From: Octopus sinensis
Lineage: Eukaryota
Assembly: GCF_006345805.1 (NCBI RefSeq)
Contig: NW_021835568.1
Coordinates: 1-26,388, forward strand
DNA: 26,388 bases
Direction of reading: 5' to 3'
Shown in pieces: positions 22,949 through 26,388 of the stretch. The position numbers and the translations under genes are program-made. The stretch's first letter is position 1. Every line of letters begins with the position of its first letter. The notes beneath the pieces were generated by a model, which was not told where the DNA came from, searched no databases, and saw nothing but the letters and a program-made list of their open reading frames with translations.

Positions 22949-23952
22949 TTAACTCATAAAATAAATGTACTATATTGATGCAGAAATACGGTTGATAATA
23001 AAAATTGGTCAAAATAATTAATGAAAAGTTCTATTGCAGAAACAAAAGTACGCGAACTTAATAGAATTTGATCTGCAAATGTGCTTTTTCAGTTTTTTCC
23101 ATAGGTTATAGTTTTTCGGTGATAGCATATATAAAATGTTAAACAATTGTATTTCATGAAAAATATTAGGTTAATATCACAAGGAAACTTACCCATAAAC
23201 ATAGAAGAGTAAGATTTTCGTCTGTATTTAGCTTCTGGAAACGCACTTTTTAGGGAACAACTAGTAATCAACCAACATAATAGAGCTTCACATTCTTTGT
23301 ACAGAGTTTCGATATTCAGAATGTCCTGTTGAAAACTCACTCCCTGCTCATCCCTGACAGACCCAAGATTTGTAGGTAAAAGTTGAGGTTAGAGTTCTAC
23401 AAGTAGATCTTTATGATCATATTGCATCCCAAGACCTTGTATGTTGTCAGTAATAAATCTATTACTAATATAGGATGAAATCTTTTTCAGAAAAAATTTC
23501 ATCAAAAAGTAGCAGCATATTAAAATACCTTTAAAGGTTAAAAATTATACACAGCTTATAAACAAGGTCACAAGAAAAGTTATTTCCATGCCAATATGTT
23601 GATAACATAGAATCTTATATTTAGATATAACTGGAATACTTATATGTACACATGACTTGTGCTTCTACTCTTTTTCCATGGGCGCATGTAAGTATTTCAT
23701 TTATTTCTTCTCGTATTTTCTATTGAAGAGTAACAAAATCCCTGGGATTTAATTCCGAAAATGATTTAATATAGAAATAACAAACATTTAAAAAAAAATT
23801 CTTTTGGCTAGTTTCCCGATTTCAGCACTACGTATATTTTTAGTGTTTAATGATATGATGATATGAATGATATGTGGAAATTGACCAAATAAAGTCTGTT
23901 ATCAGCATTTAAGCATGCAAATAATTTTTCTTTTGCTTTCGTTTATAAGTTG

Positions 23953-23984
<32 letters not shown>

Positions 23985-24002
23985 TATATATATATATATT
24001 AT

Positions 24003-24052
<50 letters not shown>

Positions 24053-24452
24053 CAGTAGCTAGTTATCGATGCAATCGACATCAGATATACATTGCAAACA
24101 AGTCCATACACTTAACGTCCTCGACCAACTTGTGTGGGTTTTTCCTCTGTGTATATGTTTGGGTGTGTCTGTGTGCATAGGTATGTGCACTACGATACAG
24201 GATTTCAAGTCTACAACAATTATCATGCAACGTCATTGAGATCCATTTGATTTAAAGCCTTTGTTCGACACCGAAGCAGAACGATTATTAGTCATTTTAT
24301 GTATATTACATGAATGATATTTGAGCTGTTTCTTATTACTAAATACCCATAAGTCCTTCTGCTCCACTTTGACAAGCATTGGAATTTCATGAAGAAATCT
24401 GATTGAGATATTTGAAATTTGAATTGCTGAAAAACGAGAAATAAAAATAAGT

Positions 24453-24496
24453 ATGCGAAATGTAATTTTCGTGCTCATTCTCTCCGTTTCTCTTAT
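24453..24496 (+). CDS. Candidate first coding exon of gene B: signal peptide MRNVIFVLILSVSL(I)
   Basis: ATG, a basic n-region, a hydrophobic h-region, and a perfect gtaagt donor at 24497 in phase 2. Confidence 0.55.
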
Positions 24497-24659
24497 GTAA
24501 GTAAACTATGATATTTTTTTATATTTGATATAAAATGTTCCCACTTGATATAAAATGTTTTAATGCATTCGATATAAATATTATATCCGGAGATTATTGT
24601 TTTATATATCTACACATGTCGAGAAAATATTAACTCGGGGGATCTGAAATTTCCTGTAG

Positions 24660-24689
24660 TAATTGTTTTGTACATCCTGAATCTCATGA
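24660..24689 (+). CDS. Candidate second exon of gene B, 30 nt, phase 2-2 (INCFVHPESH)
   Basis: Acceptor aaatttcctgtag and donor gtgaat. Joining gives MRNVIFVLILSVSLINC|FVHPESH with a plausible I-x-C cleavage site. Confidence 0.4.
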
Positions 24690-25129
24690 GTGAATAAATA
24701 AAGCCAAGATAATTATAGTTTTAGATAAGTCTGTTAGAATATATTGCAAAAATTGAAGACTTCATCAATTATATACTTCAAACAAAACCTTCTAACCGTA
24801 AATATTTCAAATCTATTGCGAATTTCTAATTATACGAAGTTAACATTGTGTGACATGCTTTCTTATTAATCAAAGTGGTTTAGCACAAATGTATATTCGT
24901 CCTTTTATGGCACATATATAACGACTACTAATTTTATTGCCTTTTCGAAGAAAATTCGTATATTTTGAGTAGAACTTATGCAGAAATAAATACACTTGAT
25001 ATTTTACAATCTTTTTTCGGGCGTGTAAAGAGGGAAATAACCTCCATCTGCAATGAAATTCGAAACAAAAGTATTCCAGTTAACTACAGAAAATATACGA
25101 CAAAAAGTCCAATTCTTCAATTGCATGTA

Positions 25130-25158
25130 ACACGGGCAACGCCGTGTAACTCTACTTG
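25130..25158 (+). mobile_element. Helitron-like 3' terminus (hairpin ACACGG-GCAACG-CCGTGT, then CTTG resembling CTAG)
   Basis: The hairpin and its spacing to a CTAG-like tetramer resemble the termini at 22909-22948 and 26080-26119. Confidence 0.4.
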
Positions 25159-25174
25159 TATATATATTATATAT

Positions 25175-25219
<45 letters not shown>

Positions 25220-25289
25220 GTACAAACCGAATTTTGTCTAAATTTTTCTACACACCACACACACACACACACACACAGCACACACACAC

Positions 25290-25323
<34 letters not shown>

Positions 25324-25451
25324 TATATATATCTATATATATATATATATATAACATATATTACATATATATATGTATATTATATATATATATATATATT
25401 ATAATATATATTTAGTACAAAGTGAATTTTGTCTAAATTTGTTCTACACAC

Positions 25452-25509
<58 letters not shown>

Positions 25510-25540
25510 CATATATATATACATATATATAACATATTAT

Positions 25541-25615
<75 letters not shown>

Positions 25616-25653
25616 CATATATATCTACATATATATACAATATATATATATAT

Positions 25654-26027
25654 ACTATTTCAGTATACGTGTTAAAAGTGAAAAAACATTTCTCCATTTT
25701 ATGTCAGATACTTTCACTTTAACAATGAAAGTTTGAGGTAATAATAACAATTGAATTATATGTAGTGAGTAATAACTAAAATCAAACTAAACTATAATAT
25801 AATCGTAACATAACAAAAGCAAACATAGCAATTGGTATAAAATTGCATCAATGGCATGAACTTGAATAAGTGGTTTCAAATGAATGGGAGTAGATTAAAA
25901 ATAAAATTAGCGTGCGGAAATTGAATAGTCCTACAATCCCAGTCTGTTATATATATGGAGTATTGTTATCACTAGTGATATCAAGATATAACTTTGTATT
26001 TTGTATTTTATGTGTAGATGTATATAG

Positions 26028-26058
<31 letters not shown>

Positions 26059-26388
26059 TATGTACACATATATACATGCACTAGCACTATGAGCCGGCAA
26101 AGACGGGTCATAATGCAAGTTAACTCATAACATAAATGTACTAAATCGATTCAGAAATACGGTTTATAATTCAAATTGGTCAAAAGAATTAATGAAAAAT
26201 TCTGTTGCAGAAACAAATGTACGCGAACTTAATAGAATTTGATCTGCAAAAGTGTTTTTTTATTTTTTTCCGTAAGTTATAGTTTTTGGGTGATAGCATA
26301 TATAAAATGTTAAACAATTGTATTTCATGAAAAATATTAGGTTAATATCACAAGGAAACTTACCCATAAACATAGAAGATTAAGATTT
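25654..26388 (+). repeat. Second copy of segment 22516-23217 (Helitron 3' half plus at least 269 bp of 3' flank), running off the window end
   Basis: Collinear high similarity. This copy retains about 60 bp (near 25820-25885) absent from the first; offset 3138-3171 bp. Confidence 0.93.

Overview
This is an AT-rich, microsatellite-dense eukaryotic window. Its repeat families match what I recall from coleoid cephalopod (Octopus-like) genomes; that assignment is inferred, not verified. Almost all ORFs in the supplied track are microsatellite or antisense artefacts. (1) Positions 1-4650 are decayed R4/Dong-type RLE non-LTR retrotransposon pieces sitting in (TAA)n tracts, with another short copy at 19411-19714. 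(2) A plus-strand spliced gene, invisible in the ORF track, can be assembled by hand from about 10 small exons between 5179 and 18435. Most internal exons are symmetric phase-2 exons of 15-93 nt. It encodes an unrecognised helical protein with an internal repeat, a Pro/Thr stalk, one C-terminal transmembrane helix and a YHYRRK tail. (3) A second plus-strand gene probably starts at 24453 with a signal-peptide exon plus a 30-nt phase-2 exon. (4) Introns and flanks carry tRNA-derived SINEs, a TA-flanked MITE, a gypsy-like gag remnant, Helitron-like elements, a local duplication with about 3.15 kb offset, a nested 1.1 kb foldback, and a 158-bp palindrome holding one minimal type-I hammerhead ribozyme motif per strand. 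Two further degenerate hammerhead relics lie elsewhere. No CRISPR array, rRNA or convincing tRNA gene was found. All gene models are manual and lack transcript support.
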